Of a stretch of DNA of 64,000 nucleotides, positions 1 through 13,000 are shown piece by piece (the stretch's first letter is position 1; each line of letters begins with the position of its first letter). The stretch is from Psilocybe cubensis (lineage: Eukaryota). Both the position numbers and the translations under genes were made by a program. The DNA lies in contig CM039002.1 in the NCBI GenBank assembly GCA_017499595.2, forward strand, positions 806,001 to 870,000, read 5' to 3'. The notes under the pieces were generated by a model. The model saw only the letters and a list, made by a program, of their open reading frames with translations, was not told the DNA's origin and did no database searches.

Positions 1-1200
1 ATTAACCAAGTGTAAGATTGCCAGGGGGCGGAGTAGCTGTATAGTGTAAGCTTCGGAAAGATGGTAATCCATTGGTCGAATTTCCAGATTGGAATAGCAT
101 CGTCGCCGTGACGTTGACCAACACAACTAAATTCGGCCTGTTTATTACACTGGAATTCAAATACGTTGTCGAGGAGCTACTGCGCGTCCCATTTCCAGCG
201 CTGGATATCAGGAAACCTACTCCGAGGAGACTGTGGTCCCCACCGCCAGTGTCTAGGTTAAATGGGAATTCAGCGAGTTGCTGAGTCGTGGCCAGAACAC
301 GAGTGTCTATCGATTGATTGCTTCCCGGAAGGCTAATGGGTACCTGCCCTGTTTTTGAATGGTCAGAACCATCAAATTGGCCAATGGTGTTATGAAAGTC
401 GGCTGATGCAACCAGGTTTTCGTGCTATTTACCTTCGTCAGTAAATTTGGACACACAGTCGCGAAATGAATGATGTTCTTGCTTGCCCTTGTGACATATT
501 TAGCCATTCTGGTCCATTCCCAGTTTATATCACCCGAGATGGAAGAAAGTCTGTCCCAATCATCAGACGAACAATACTGATGGAATAAATAATCTAGAAA
601 ATACAACGGGTAATTGGTGAAAGGCAGACATGAAACAACCAGTAAAACGCACTGATGCTACTCGAACCTCCAAGCACATGGCCTCTGATATAGGGAATCT
701 CCCTGTTGTTTAGGCCTGGTTGAGCTGTTGTTGTAGTGTTCCAGTCGACCTGGGTCTCTGAAATGTAACAGATTTCAATCTTTCCTTCAAATCTCAAAAG
801 ACAAATCACTGACTTGGAGATAAGGTAGGTGCGATAAACGGTATCTGGAGATTTGGGAAATGTTGATCGCTACGTAAATAGCACCAGTTAGAAGTTTAAC
901 GAGCATTCCAGTTGAGTCGCGTACCTGATGCCTGCCTCGAGAACTATCACAGTTGTTGAGGCGTTCTCTGTCAGACGACTTGCAAGGGTAAGCCCCGCAG
1001 TTCCACCTAAATTAGCCAAAAATGAATAAAACTTTACATTCCAGTTTTATTTTATACCCACCGCCTACGATTACATAGTCGTAAAACGTCGTGTTGAGTT
1101 GCAGTGGCAGCGTAATAAGAACAGCCCTCGCAGGAAGCACTACATAAAACACGAGGCCCACCAGACCGATAGAAAGCCAGGTTCGTAGAAAGTCCGCCAT
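1..1200 (-). CDS. GMC oxidoreductase (aryl-alcohol oxidase-like, AA3), 5' part; multi-exon, runs off the window start
   Basis: ATG at 1200 and a signal-peptide-like N-terminus. Spliced FAD-binding motif YDYVIVGG/GTAGLTLASRLTE..VIVLEAG, then RGHVLGGSSS and DDWDR, all typical of GMC oxidoreductases. Short GT-AG introns. Confidence 0.9.
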
Positions 1201-1978
1201 TCTGTCGATGGATCCCATGCTTTGCATATAGAGGACATGCCCGTCCATGCACCATTTATACCTGCGGAACGCGCAGATAAAAAAGCGATCACGAGGCCAC
1301 TTTTCACTTCGAGCAAAACTTTCAATGCTGCTATTCAAGTTCAAGATGAGAAAGCAGAAGCAGAGCGAAGCCAATTCCACGCGTGGTCGGTCAGGGGCTG
1401 CTGTATGTCGTGTGAAGCGCTTGTGTTTCCAAGATAAGTAGTTGTTGAATGTGTTGTACCTGGTTAACTAGCTGAGTCTTTACAATGCGTCCGCGGCTGA
1501 TTGCTTAGTATGAAAATTCAAACTCCACACCACCATTGGTAAAAAAGCTTGAAAACAATTTTGTTCGAAGAGATAGTGCCTACCTGTCTCGTTTGAGGCG
1601 CATGTATGTTTAGAATGAATCAAGGTCTCGGGCTAAAAGAGGGACAAGAACATGCATAAAATTAGTGGCCCTGCGGAAGTTGTTGGATTAATATACCACA
1701 GCCGCTGCGCCGAGTTCGTAGGTCAAAATAGTGCCGTTCCAATGGTGCCTCGCGATTCTCTGGAGTGTACTCGACGAATCATCCATTATTCATTAAATAC
1801 AACACTGGGGAGTAAATACTGAACACAGGGTATAATATTCTAATCATTCTTATCTACTCATCCATTAGTGGGGGTTGGGTTGGTGTGGTTGATGTGTGGA
1901 AGGCCGAAAGCAGACAATCCTAATTATGCCGTTACTATGGACGTGTGTACATCGCAAGCGTATGTGGGGGTTGATTAG

Positions 1979-3554
1979 TTAGTAGAAGCGAGTACTGATA
2001 TAAGGTTTCTTGTCCATCAAGCGCCTGTGTACGATATTACTGGTGAACGAAGACCACTGTGGACGACAAAATGATCAGCAAACATTTCAGGGAAGTGGGG
2101 AAACAATCACGTACTCCATTACCGATGAAGACAGCGGCCTTGCGCGCAATATCCATATCCACAGCCATTCCAACATCCTTTTGCTCTGCGTCCAATTGCA
2201 AGTCCCAGGTTGAAACAATAGTGTTCCATCCGTCCTTGCTGAACTTTTCTTTGAGGCCGTCGACCCAGCCGGTTTTGTCGTTTGTCAAGAGGAACAGCAC
2301 GTCGAGGTGCCTGACCTCGCCAGGCTTAGCATCGCGATAGTACTCAGCTCGTGCAGTCTGAATTTTGTTCATGATGAATTCGTCTGTGGGATAGCAGTGC
2401 TTGAGGTAGTATTCGACGTTCTCGGGAGTGTTCTTGCCGTATGTGTAACCTTCGGGGTTGATGAACTTGTCGGGCAACTCAGGGGTCAAATTCCAGCTGT
2501 AGAAAGTTGAGTTCCATTGAGCCAGTCCCAAGCACGCTTGCTTGTAGTCACCTCGTCGAAGATGGATAGCGAGCATGCGATCGTAAGGGTTTCTCGACGC
2601 GGGCAAAGATGGCCGAGGACCTTTGGGCAAGAACAAGTACTCGTTCCTGTCGACGGCGGAGCGAACGACGGGAGAAGTGTCAAAGAGGCGGCTCACAGGT
2701 GACGTGCTGAACATGTCCCAGAGGTTCAAAATACGGTCGGATCCCCACAGGAACAAATCGAACACCTGGGGGAAGTTGTCGACGGAGCGGAGAGCGGGGC
2801 GAATTTCGATACAACGTTCGGGTGCGTCGCGCAGGAGCTTCTCCCAGTGAGTGAAGATAGTCATTCCGTCCTCCCACATGATATCGGGCTTCACGTCGCC
2901 AGTGTTGATGATGCGGCGTTCGTGTTGAGGGCAGACAATGTGCCACCAATCCTCAGAGACCGAGCGGGGGGCATCATCTTCAGGGTCCCAGGGTCCACCG
3001 ACGGCGGGTCCGCTCATGAGCGCGTTGGCAGGGGTGCGTGGAGGCCAATGAGGGGTCTTGCTCTCTGGCCATGGGTAGTAGTCGCCCTTCCAGACGTAGG
3101 GCTGGAACACGTAGGCACGCTTGGACTTGTAGGCAAGCAGGGCGTTCATGAGCCTAACGAGACAGGTCAGTAGGAAGACGGCACAAAAGGACGCGACGTA
3201 CACTTCATTCAGCTGGTTGTTCCATCCAAGCATTTGAATTTGGTTGGCGAAGTGGAGGTACCTGCCTGTCCTACCCTCAGGGAAGGGAAGGTCGAGGTTG
3301 TGTTGAGGCAGGTCCTTCTCCCACTGCCATAGCTTCTCCCAAGTAGGAGGCAAGTCGGTATCATCCTTGGAGGGGCCGTTGACGATTCTCTTGATGGAGT
3401 GAAGACGTTGCTTTCCGTGCCGTGAAAAGGAGTAGAAGACGAGGGCTACGACGAAAGCGACACCAAAAACGATCCAGCGACGACGAGTAACACGGTTAGT
3501 GCTCCTCCATCGCTGGGTGGCTTGCTTTTTCATTGACCTGTACGGGCTGGACAT
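1979..3554 (-). CDS. Type II membrane protein, O-fucosyltransferase-like glycosyltransferase (basidiomycete conserved family)
   Basis: ORF 2037..3653 with likely ATG at 3554. N-terminal TM segment (WIVFGVAFVVALVFYSF), GWNNQLNE, MLAIHLRRGDY and VDMDIARKAAVFIGNG. Splices to WSSFTSNIV...RFY stop at 1979. Confidence 0.65.
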
Positions 3555-4082
3555 GGGTGTCAGGATGAAAGCCAATTTTTTTGATTTGGTCCCACTATAT
3601 GTTTCAGCCGCACTAAAATAGGCAGAAAATCCACGTGTACTTCGGACAACCAAACTTGTTCTTCTACAACTACTGTTGGCACTCAGTACTCAACAACGAC
3701 TGCGCAAACGGTTACTATCCACCGTTCAATGCCTTGGTTGCTTATACAGACGAGGCTATGTGCTCTTAAGATACCATACACCTTCTCTTGCTCATTTCGA
3801 CGATTTTCGCTCCCGTGCTGCGTGTGAACAACTCATTGGAGGATCAGGTAGTGATGGTCTTGGCAACCTAAAACGCCCCTCCCCTGACACTGTGGGAATA
3901 AAAAACAATATTTATTAATGGACCATTTTCCTTAGCATATGGTGTTGCCGCGCAGCAGAAATACCAAAATATTTGCGGCAAATTATGCCGGTAGTTATTT
4001 GTCAAAGTCGCCCTAAATCATGATGTAATGAACGGAGCAGAAATTGGGTTGACGACATTCGGATAAGAGCGAGCCTAGAAGC

Positions 4083-4390
4083 GCCCCATATTTAGTGGTT
4101 CCGGCACGCACCATATTCTGGGTAGGGCGGCAAGCCCTATTTTTCGGCGCTTCGGCACGCACCATATTGGCAGGCACCATATTTCGGCGCTTTGGAGCGC
4201 ACCATATTCGGGGTATGGCGTTATGCCTGATATTTCATGCTTCGGCATGCGCCGGGTTCCCGAGCACCATATTTTGGCGCTTTGGCACACACGGTATCGC
4301 TGCCACCAAGTTTTGGTGTTTGGCACACGCCATATTCAGGATATGGCAAGCATCATATTTTAGTGCTTTGGCAAGCACCATATTTCAGTG
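4083..4390 (+). repeat. Left subterminal repeat array of the transposon
   Basis: Exact GCACCATATT at 4108, 4159, 4174, 4199, 4264 and 4375, plus near matches, often followed by TCGGCGCTT/TTGGCGCTT. Confidence 0.85.
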
Positions 4391-4689
4391 CTTAGGCTAA
4401 CAGCTCTTATTAATGTTTTATAAACAATCCTAATATGATGAATTTTAGTACAGCAGATTTTGAAGCGTATTAGACGATAGAGCAAGCAAAGAATTTATTG
4501 CAAATAAGCAGTAGAAAAGTATAAACGCGGGCCAGATACATTAAAAAGGTTTAAAGTAAAGCAAAAGAGGACATGTTAGGGGAATAACCCAATAGCCTCA
4601 CGGAATATCCTGTTCAATAAAAACAACTAATAAGAAAGACTGCCACCGACATCAGTGCATACAGTAGCGGCGGCGTATTCAGCCCTTTC

Positions 4690-6960
4690 GTCCTTCTTCA
4701 AGCGGTATGCTTCCGACGTATAGACCTACGCAGAGGCTGATCTAAATGTTAGCAAATATTACCGACCATTAAAACATGATTATACCAAGTTCTCCTTTTC
4801 GCCCTCGTTAGGATCCGCAGCCCGTCTCTTACGTTTTTTTCCAGCCTTCTCGTCAACCGGTTTTGACAAATTGTCAGCCAAAACACCTCCATTGCGGGCA
4901 TTTGGACTGGCGCTGGGTTCCATAGAAGGGTTTGCAGGATCAGTTTGAGTTTCATTATTGACCGTTGTTGATGAGTTTTTGTTCGGGGTGTTATTGCTTT
5001 TTGAGGGGAGATTCTCGTCATCCGTTGAGATTTCAGTAATAGTAGAAAGCTCGCCATACAAATATGCAGACTGTACAATCATCACAAGTATAAGCAGAAG
5101 GAAAAAGCGGTTATAGTCAAAATTAAGAGCATACATTGAATGCTGGCTTGCAGGGAGTTTTTCGCTGGAGGCGTGGGGGTTTTGATGTAAGCTGATTTTC
5201 CGCCTGCGCCTGCATGGCTTGTAATGAATTACTGCCCCCCGCTGCTCGGAGCGGAGTTTGAGGAATAGGGCATGATGGCTGAGGAGTATGGCACCTTGGT
5301 TGTACTTGCTCTATTGGGGCCTAAAAGAAGAAAGAATGTTTAAGCAAAGGGCAATAAATGCAAAGATTAAAAACGATAGAATACTTCAAGATATTGAGGA
5401 TTTCGCGTTAGAAGTGCTGAAAAAACTTGATGTAGAAAGTTATCCACGGAATTCATCTCATCATTATCGTCAAGATGACCATGATGCAACTTCCCAAATG
5501 ATGCACTTTCCCTCCGAATTTTGTCGGCGTCGTCGTAGGCACAGTTCATATCTTCCATAATAAGCAGGTTGACGACGTGGGGGACCATAACCATGTCGAA
5601 AAATGATTCAGCGTTGAACGCCCGACTTTTACGCACAGATTCTGATAAATTTGTGAATTCATCCCAAAATCTATATGCATCCTCTGACGAATATGCTGCC
5701 AAAGCGTCCTCTTGTCCAGAGATCTGTTCCACCGGAGATTTGAGTCTGTACAAACCTATGTCAAACGTACTGTGGACGAGCAACTCCGTAACATAGTTTA
5801 AATCGCCGTCTACAACAAGCTGAGTCCAATAGCTTGCAATCAGACTACGCACAATAGGACCATAGCTAGCCAATATTTTAGTTACGTAGATAATATATTG
5901 GAAGATGCAATGAACGTACTATCCTGCAGATGCCACATTATAACAATACGGCGCTCTCTTGTCTAGTTGATTTAGGAATGATAATTTTGGGGTTTTGCAT
6001 TTAAGAAGCATTAAGCCCACAAATCTTCGCCATGGCAGAGATGTTTCGAATCTTGCACAATCCGTGCCGGAGCCTTCGAATATCATAGGGAAATTGTGCT
6101 TTACGTGAAGCTCAGCGATACGGTCGGCTACCTGGTCATAATCAATCTCGGCCACCGGCCAACCATTGCTGCGTGCAGCATCCAGCGAACTTGTCAGTCT
6201 CTCTTTGGATCTGAAATAAAGGTGGCTGCAGAGGAGCTGGCTTTTGAAGGACATATTCTGGGCTGCTTTGAGACGGTTGCGATTGTTGGCAAGGCGAAAC
6301 TGGGCACGCGCAACGGCATACTCTTTCATTATCATTTTCAAAGAAATATCTATCTCATCTTCAGGCGGGATTGTGTGATGGGGGTCGTCGGATTTAGAAC
6401 AACCTTGATGAGGGCATGATTTGATAGAAAGGTAATCCGAGCCATCCAATACGATCTAGACCGTTAAGAGGGTCAGCATATACCCAATAGAGACGGTCGA
6501 CACTGAAATAATCCTGTACCTCATTCTTCTGGAACGTAGCCTTCGGCTGGGACGTAGCCTTCTCCTGGGACGTAGCCTTTGGCTGGGACGTAGCCTTCGA
6601 CGTAGCGTTCTCCTGGGATGTAGCCTTGGCCTGGGATGTCGTGTTCTCCTCAGAAGTAGCGTCTTCGCTGGGCGGAATAGTCTAAAGGTACGGTGATCTT
6701 TCAGTCAAAAAACAGATAGAGTGTGTAGACTTACCGTTGATTGTGATACCTCGTTATTACCGTCATTTTTCTGAGCGCATATCACGAGCACAGGGGTTAG
6801 AAATGTAGAAAGATACCGGCACATTTTCGAATGCAAACCTTTGCTTTCTTTTTGGCTAGTTCCTCAGCCTCAAGACTAGCTGCTTCAGCCGAGCGTTTCT
6901 GCAAAATGTGAGATTAGATAAAGTAAACAATATGCCATCCAATTAAACAATACATACCAT
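4690..6960 (-). CDS. RTC4-like domain protein (transposon cargo); possibly the 3' half of one gene starting at 9176; outer coordinates approximate
   Basis: Removing the GT-AG intron 5866-5919 joins ORFs 5919..6449 and 5367..5873 into ASAGYYGPIV...FFDMVMVPHVVNLLIMEDMNCAYDDADKIRRESASFG. This matches the RTC4 domain pattern GYYG...LVP...LIMED...ES..YG. Confidence 0.65.
6529..6672. repeat. Degenerate 18-bp tandem repeat (CTGGGACGTAGCCTTCNN), encoding KATSQ[PE] on the minus strand
   Basis: About 7-8 imperfect units read directly from the sequence. Confidence 0.8.
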
Positions 6961-7197
6961 ACGCTTAATCTCATGTATAGATTGCAAAGATTTGACTACT
7001 TTGCTCTAGAGTAGGTTGAATAAGGCTCTTTTTGAGAAAAAAAAAACAAAAATGATAGCACACCTCTTGGAATGTAGTAAATTGTTAGTAGCAAAAAATT
7101 AGCATAATAAATAAAAATCATTCATTACCAACTACGGTACCGTTAAATTTACGCGGCAAAGTAGCTGTGGAAGAGCCAACCTCCTATACAGTAGTCA

Positions 7198-9176
7198 TTA
7201 GCGGTGTTTGTATACTGAAGGCATGTATTTCCAACCTTTGATTTCTGAGAATAAAGATGTACAATAAAATGAAGCGCAGCGGTTGGTAAGATATGAGCCA
7301 TACCTCTTTAGACGTACGCTCTTTTGAAGCGTTGGGGTCAGACTGTGTGGAGGCCTTGAGAGGCTCTGGGACCGGAGCTCGATTCTCTTTTTCAACTTCC
7401 TGAAACTCGGGGTTTAGGCATAAAAATTAAAACATCGGACTTGAAAAAAACACGCACATTGTGAGCTTCAGGCTTGGAAGAACCGGGTTTTCGTCCTGCT
7501 TTGGACTTTGCAGTTGACCAGTGGAACTTGAGAGTGGAAGCTTCTTCTTGCACAGGACTGGGCAAGGCGGTCAAACCAATTGCAGGAAAGGCAGTATTCA
7601 TATTCTAGATAGCGTTCTGTTAAATTTATAACCCACGGCATAATCATGATGCTTGGTACCTGTATTTCAGAGTTAGAACGAAGCGGCTCTTTGCCTTTAT
7701 TCTGGATTTTCCCATATAAACATTGAGCAAAAAATGCTAGGCAAAATTATAGAAAATAAAGAGCACCTTGACACCCTTGTTGGCCTTTGCAGTCACTTTT
7801 GAATTTAAGACTCTGTCCTCTTCATCGGATTGATCGCTCTCGACAAACTTAAGCTTGCGTTCCTTACGCGTTACAGATCCAGGGGTCTTCATAATCGATC
7901 GTGGAGGAGGCTTGGATTTGGGAGTTGATGAAGGGGAGACGTGACGCTCTTTTCGCCGACCGGTCTTTGTGCGAGAATCTTGAGGTTTAAGCGCGGGTTT
8001 TGATGCCTTTTCCTAAGCACGCTCCAAGGTCAATTACACTGGCATGCATTAAATTAACGCCCTCTTACACGAGTAGTATCTTCTTGATGGTGTTTCTTGG
8101 ACTTGCCTGCCAAATCCTCGTCGTCGGCGCATTCCTTGTCATTGGAGCATCCCTCGTCATCTTCCACGTTGTTGAAGACGTGATTGAAGTTTTCCTCGTC
8201 GTCCGAGCTGCAACTAATATTGTCCATCTCTACTTCAACGGGCCCAGAGTCATTAGCAGCCGTTCCATCGCCAGCATCATCTCTAAGGACCTCAAGACGA
8301 GCGCCCTGAATGGTTGCAAGCGCCTTAATATATTTCTTGATGGCTTCTCGGTCAGGTTTCTCCTGTGAGTTCTTTTCATCCTCTATATCTTTGGTGGCCG
8401 TTGCAGAAAAATGGCTAAGAAACTGTTTCAAAAATTCGTCGATGGGCCAGGCGTGACTATATTCACGAAAGACCTTGGCATTTTTGATAGCCTGTACTCA
8501 TTTGGGAGTCAGTAGGTTATACGTGCTTAAATAGTTTTTGAGAGAATCACATACCCGTTCTTTTGCACATCTTATTTTGTCTCTTGATTGACGTCTAAAC
8601 GGTTGGCGAACATCCAGGTACTGGAAGGCAGCTAGCTTGACTATCCGCTGAACACAACGGCATTTTGGTCATCATGGGCGCACGTAACATCTGCATAAGA
8701 AGCTCACATTGAGACGCAAGTAATGTTCTTTTGTCAATCCCATGGCAAGCTCGAGGTTAAAGCCGCCAAAGGCCTCACCGCGTCCTGCCTGGCCAACGGG
8801 ACGAGGTATTAGCCTATCATCCTCTTGGTCCTTAGCTACCTTGCATTAGAACATTTAATCCGTCATTTTAAAATCAACACGCACATAATTGATATTTCAG
8901 GTCTTTTACGACCTTGTCTTTCTCTGCTAACTCTTTTTCTTTCTGAGCCAATTGCTTAATCAGCTCTTCTCTTGAAAGTAGGCGGGGTTCCGAGGAATTT
9001 TCAGCCCCGGAGGAGTTTGCTTTCGAAGAGTTTTCAGGCCCGGTGGAAGGGTTGGGGTTTGCTTTCGAGGAGTTGTCAGGCCCCGCGGCGGAAGGGTCGG
9101 GGTTTGCTTTTAGGGGTTTTGCAGGCCTGGCGGCCCTGGACGGGTTTTGATTTGCTTTTGATGATTTCGGCGGCAT
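7198..9176 (-). CDS. Multi-exon hypothetical protein (coiled coil, small helical domain, acidic/basic low complexity); transposon cargo
   Basis: MPPKSSKAN start with SSKANP repeats. Spliced exons include LIPRPVGQAGRGEAFGGFNLELAMGL and VFREYSHAWPIDEFLKQFL. GT-AG introns; 3' end unclear. Confidence 0.55.
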
Positions 9177-9441
9177 GGAAGCTAGGAGGCGAAGGTAGTC
9201 GCTGTGTACTGTTCAGTTGAAGTTTCAGAGGTATATAATGCTGCGTTGGCGGAAAAACTCGGATTATGGGCACCTGCCCAGCTAAAAGATAATATACGCT
9301 AGTCCTTATTTGGTAGCATTATATGCGGGGGCGCGATGTTTGGGGTATACTCTCACGTGAGGTTGTTCTAAGCGTATACCTGGCGGTTTGCGTCGATTTC
9401 AACTTCCAAGTCCCAAAAGCCCAAGTCCTGACAAATACAGC

Positions 9442-10027
9442 ATGTCCTTTAACGTAGGTTATTTCTCCGGAGGCCATTATGTTACCTAAACAACCGATGG
9501 CATTGGGCTAAAATTCTATACAGAAACACAACTGCGTCAATTCTGCAGACGGTAAACGTCCCGATGCCCCAGTCGACGTACCACCGGCGAGCCCAGCGTG
9601 CATTTGTTGCGTTTTACTTCCGATGGAGGGCCTTTTGAACACAAATTCGGTCGATAGCAGCTGCTTGCAGCCAACCAATTCCTCAGATACTACGCCCGCG
9701 GAACCTGCTTACGGCCAGCTGCCCACCATCGAATGCGTCTGCGGCTGTATATCGCTCCAGCAAACAGCCCAGGCTGCGTCCAGCAAACAGCCGCATCAAG
9801 TTAAGAAAAAACCCGTCCAATCAATCCCGCTTTGGCGTGCCTTTGTGCAACAGGTACAACCTGCCGTCCCTCCGAAACAGCAAGCCGTAGCCTCCTGCCA
9901 GAATCCTTTGAAGGGCGGGGTAAAACGGCAGGATACCCTTATTGTTGAAGACTTGCCTAGAAAGGATATAGGAGGAGAGAAACCCCGTTCTTTAAAGCGT
10001 AGCAATACGGAAATCTTCATTTTATAG
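9442..10027 (+). CDS. Small hypothetical protein, probably spliced; transposon cargo
   Basis: ATG near 9442 with a GTAGGT...CAG intron, then ORF 9623..10027. No recognisable domain. Confidence 0.35.
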
Positions 10028-10099
10028 TACGATAAGGCTTTGGAGCAGAAATAATATATCTACATGCCTTTATGCTACCAATATTATTACCCGGCCGCT

Positions 10100-13000
10100 T
10101 CAAATTTGAATATCTGCTAAATTGTCAGAAGCACTCAGGTTGGAAAGCAATGTGGTCCTACCAGAAAGAGGTAAAGTCAGCTGGGAAGTAGCCCAGTTGT
10201 TGATGGTCACCAGCCGTTGTCGATCTTGTGAATGACTAGTCTTGCAAAGATGATGTTTAGACAGATAGGTCTTAGACCACGCTTTGATATGCTCCTGCTT
10301 GATAACAACATTCTTGCCGCGACAAAGAACATGTTGATTGATGTGAAGGCCGGCTTCCCATGCGCAATCCAAAATGAGAACTTCTTCTCCCAGGTAATCT
10401 ATCAACTCGCGAATAAACCAAGCAGTCCATTGGCAGTCAACAGGCGGAAAGTTAAACCAGTGCTCAAGGATGGTCGAACAAAATTGCAGAACGCAGGTCT
10501 TCGAAACGGTGTTATACTTAAAAGATCGAGGAGCGTAGATGTAAACGGATTCTCTTGGTTGAAACCCGCTGATAAAGGAAGCGGCGTCGAACTCCGCATT
10601 TGTTTGTACAGCCAAAACTTCTTCAACCCGTCGAACCAGTACACCCAAGCCATTTGAGATGTCGTCCTTGCTACGATAGGCTTGCTCGAGGACGCTGTCC
10701 AACCACTCCCATAATAGAACGTTGGAAAGGAGAAGCTGCTTTTGTTGGAATTGGAGATCAAGTTTCGAAATTGTCTTCTTCTGGCTGTATGAAGCGTATA
10801 ATTGGCAGGCTCTACGGATGTCACATGAAATCACAGGCTGACTGAGAATTTCGGATATCAAAGACACGTCAAGCCACTTTGACTGCCCTTGAGAGGGAGT
10901 GTTATCGATTGGGAGGTCTTTTAATGCAGCCAAAATTTTTGATATGCATTCTGGCCTCAAAGCGTTCAAAAATTTGCTTTGTCCTATACAAAAGGAGCGG
11001 TCAGAAACCTTGAATTCAGGCTGAAACAGCGGAAAAAATTGAACCGACCTAGGGATGTTACCGAACTGCTATTCCTGGTAATTCGTTCTTTAGGAGCAGC
11101 ATTTTTCTTGGAAGCTAATAGTTTTGTTTGCACAGCGGACATTTAGTAAGGTTTGAACTGACGAACCTTTCGATTTTGTGACCGTAGAATCTCTGTCTCC
11201 ATGTAGATTGTCTTCGAAGTTCAGATTGATATCTGGCCCGGAGTCGCTTTCGGGATCCTTGCGATGGCTCATTCGGCGAGCCTTGCTTGAGGTCAAGGTC
11301 TCTAAATTTTTGCTTGTAGATATTTGAACTCGACGGAGACAAATAATACCTTTACATACGTTGTGATGTATTTCTACGCTTTTTGATAGGTAAATCCATT
11401 TCAGAAACATCCCTAGTCCGTGCCCGTTTAACCGCTCCTGTGTATGTGTCAGTTATCAGGACGATGAAAGCATAATAAAAGTAAGCAACTAACCCTTGCG
11501 CGAACCTGTTTTGCTCTGTAATCCAATCACGGCTTCTTCGTCGTGGTCTCCAGCGGTTACACACAAAGGAATAGACTTTGCTGAGCTTTCCATGTGTTTT
11601 TCCCATTCTTGTACAGCCTCTTGGAGTTCAACGTTACCGTACGGTGCTTCGGACATAGAATCCGAGTTACAAAGCCTTGCAAGATTCTCTGACGAAAGAT
11701 CCTCGATGGATGAAACGCCTAATCCACTGAGGATGCCTGAGTAGTCGGTACCGATTTTGACATCATTGCCTCTCCATCCGGGACCCAGATCCCACTCATC
11801 CGCCGTAACTCTCTTATTATCGATAACCACAGAAACCATTTTCATGGCTAACGATTTATCAACGCGTGGAATCAATTCAGGAGGCAACTGACGGGCAAAA
11901 TGCGTGATTGCTTGGAGAAGAAGTCGACTGAAGTGATTGATATGAGCCTTAGGAGAAAGTAAAGAACCTCCGTCCGCGGTCCATGTAGCTTGCTTGCACA
12001 TTGGCGTCTTCGATAATTTGTGCGACCTAAATTTCATTTAAGATGCTGGGCATGATGTAACGTTTATGCTGACAGACGTACACTGGATTTCGCATTTCAA
12101 TACCGATGGCAAAAGTTGTATCATTAACTCCAGCCGCAAAAGCAACGCTATCAACCCCGTCAATTAGTTGACCAGGAGGGTAACCAATGAGAGTTAGGCG
12201 ATAGTAGATTTCGTTGGGTTGTTGGACGTAAATGGGTTGATGACCTCCATGGAAATGGAGACCAGAGAAAAATATGACGGAAAACTCCTCCATGAGATAC
12301 GCCAATCCGCAGCATAAAATGTAAAAGTTTTCAGGCGCCACGTCGGCCCTGTAGCGACTGAGAACGTGCATACAAGTTGGAGCACCTGAACTGTCGGCAG
12401 CGTCGACATGTGCCATCCCAAATTTTCCGAGCGAGGATTCCAAGGCAACATCTAAGCCAAAAATGAAGTTCAGATTGTATAATAGTTATGCGGGACACAC
12501 CATGCTGTGGAACTCCAGGAGCTACATTCAGTTGCCAAGACGGCCAGACGCAATTATCATCATATCCTACTGGCGCAAGCGAGGCCACCTCGGCTTGACG
12601 CTTCAGGCGCTGGAACAAATGCTTGGATGCTTTCTTAACTCCTTCAATGCCAGCTTTTGCCCCAGCCTGAGAATGCCATCAATTGACGTGTAAAACGTTC
12701 AGCGAACGACGTACTTGAAGTATATTGAACCGCATTTGCAAATCATAATCCCTGGCCTGAGTATACACTTTGCTCTGAACTCCTGGAGCGCTGAGGGACT
12801 TCTGTGCCTGTAGGGTTGATCCAAGGGTGTAGCATCGAGGACCGGACTTGATATTAACTGCGCGATCGCTTCGTTCAAACTGAATACCCCCCGAGTACTC
12901 TCCGTTTGTGTCCTTAACGGGTTTCTGCGAAGACATAAGTTCTTGAGGCCCCAAGATTTCTTCCTGAAGTCTGCGGCATTCTTGAAGGTCTATTGGATCT

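Noticed and set aside
4083-4390. Short repeats separated by variable sequence, resembling a CRISPR array
   Set aside because: The repeat core is only ~10 bp, spacing is irregular, the context is eukaryotic and there are no cas genes. Better explained as transposon subterminal repeats.
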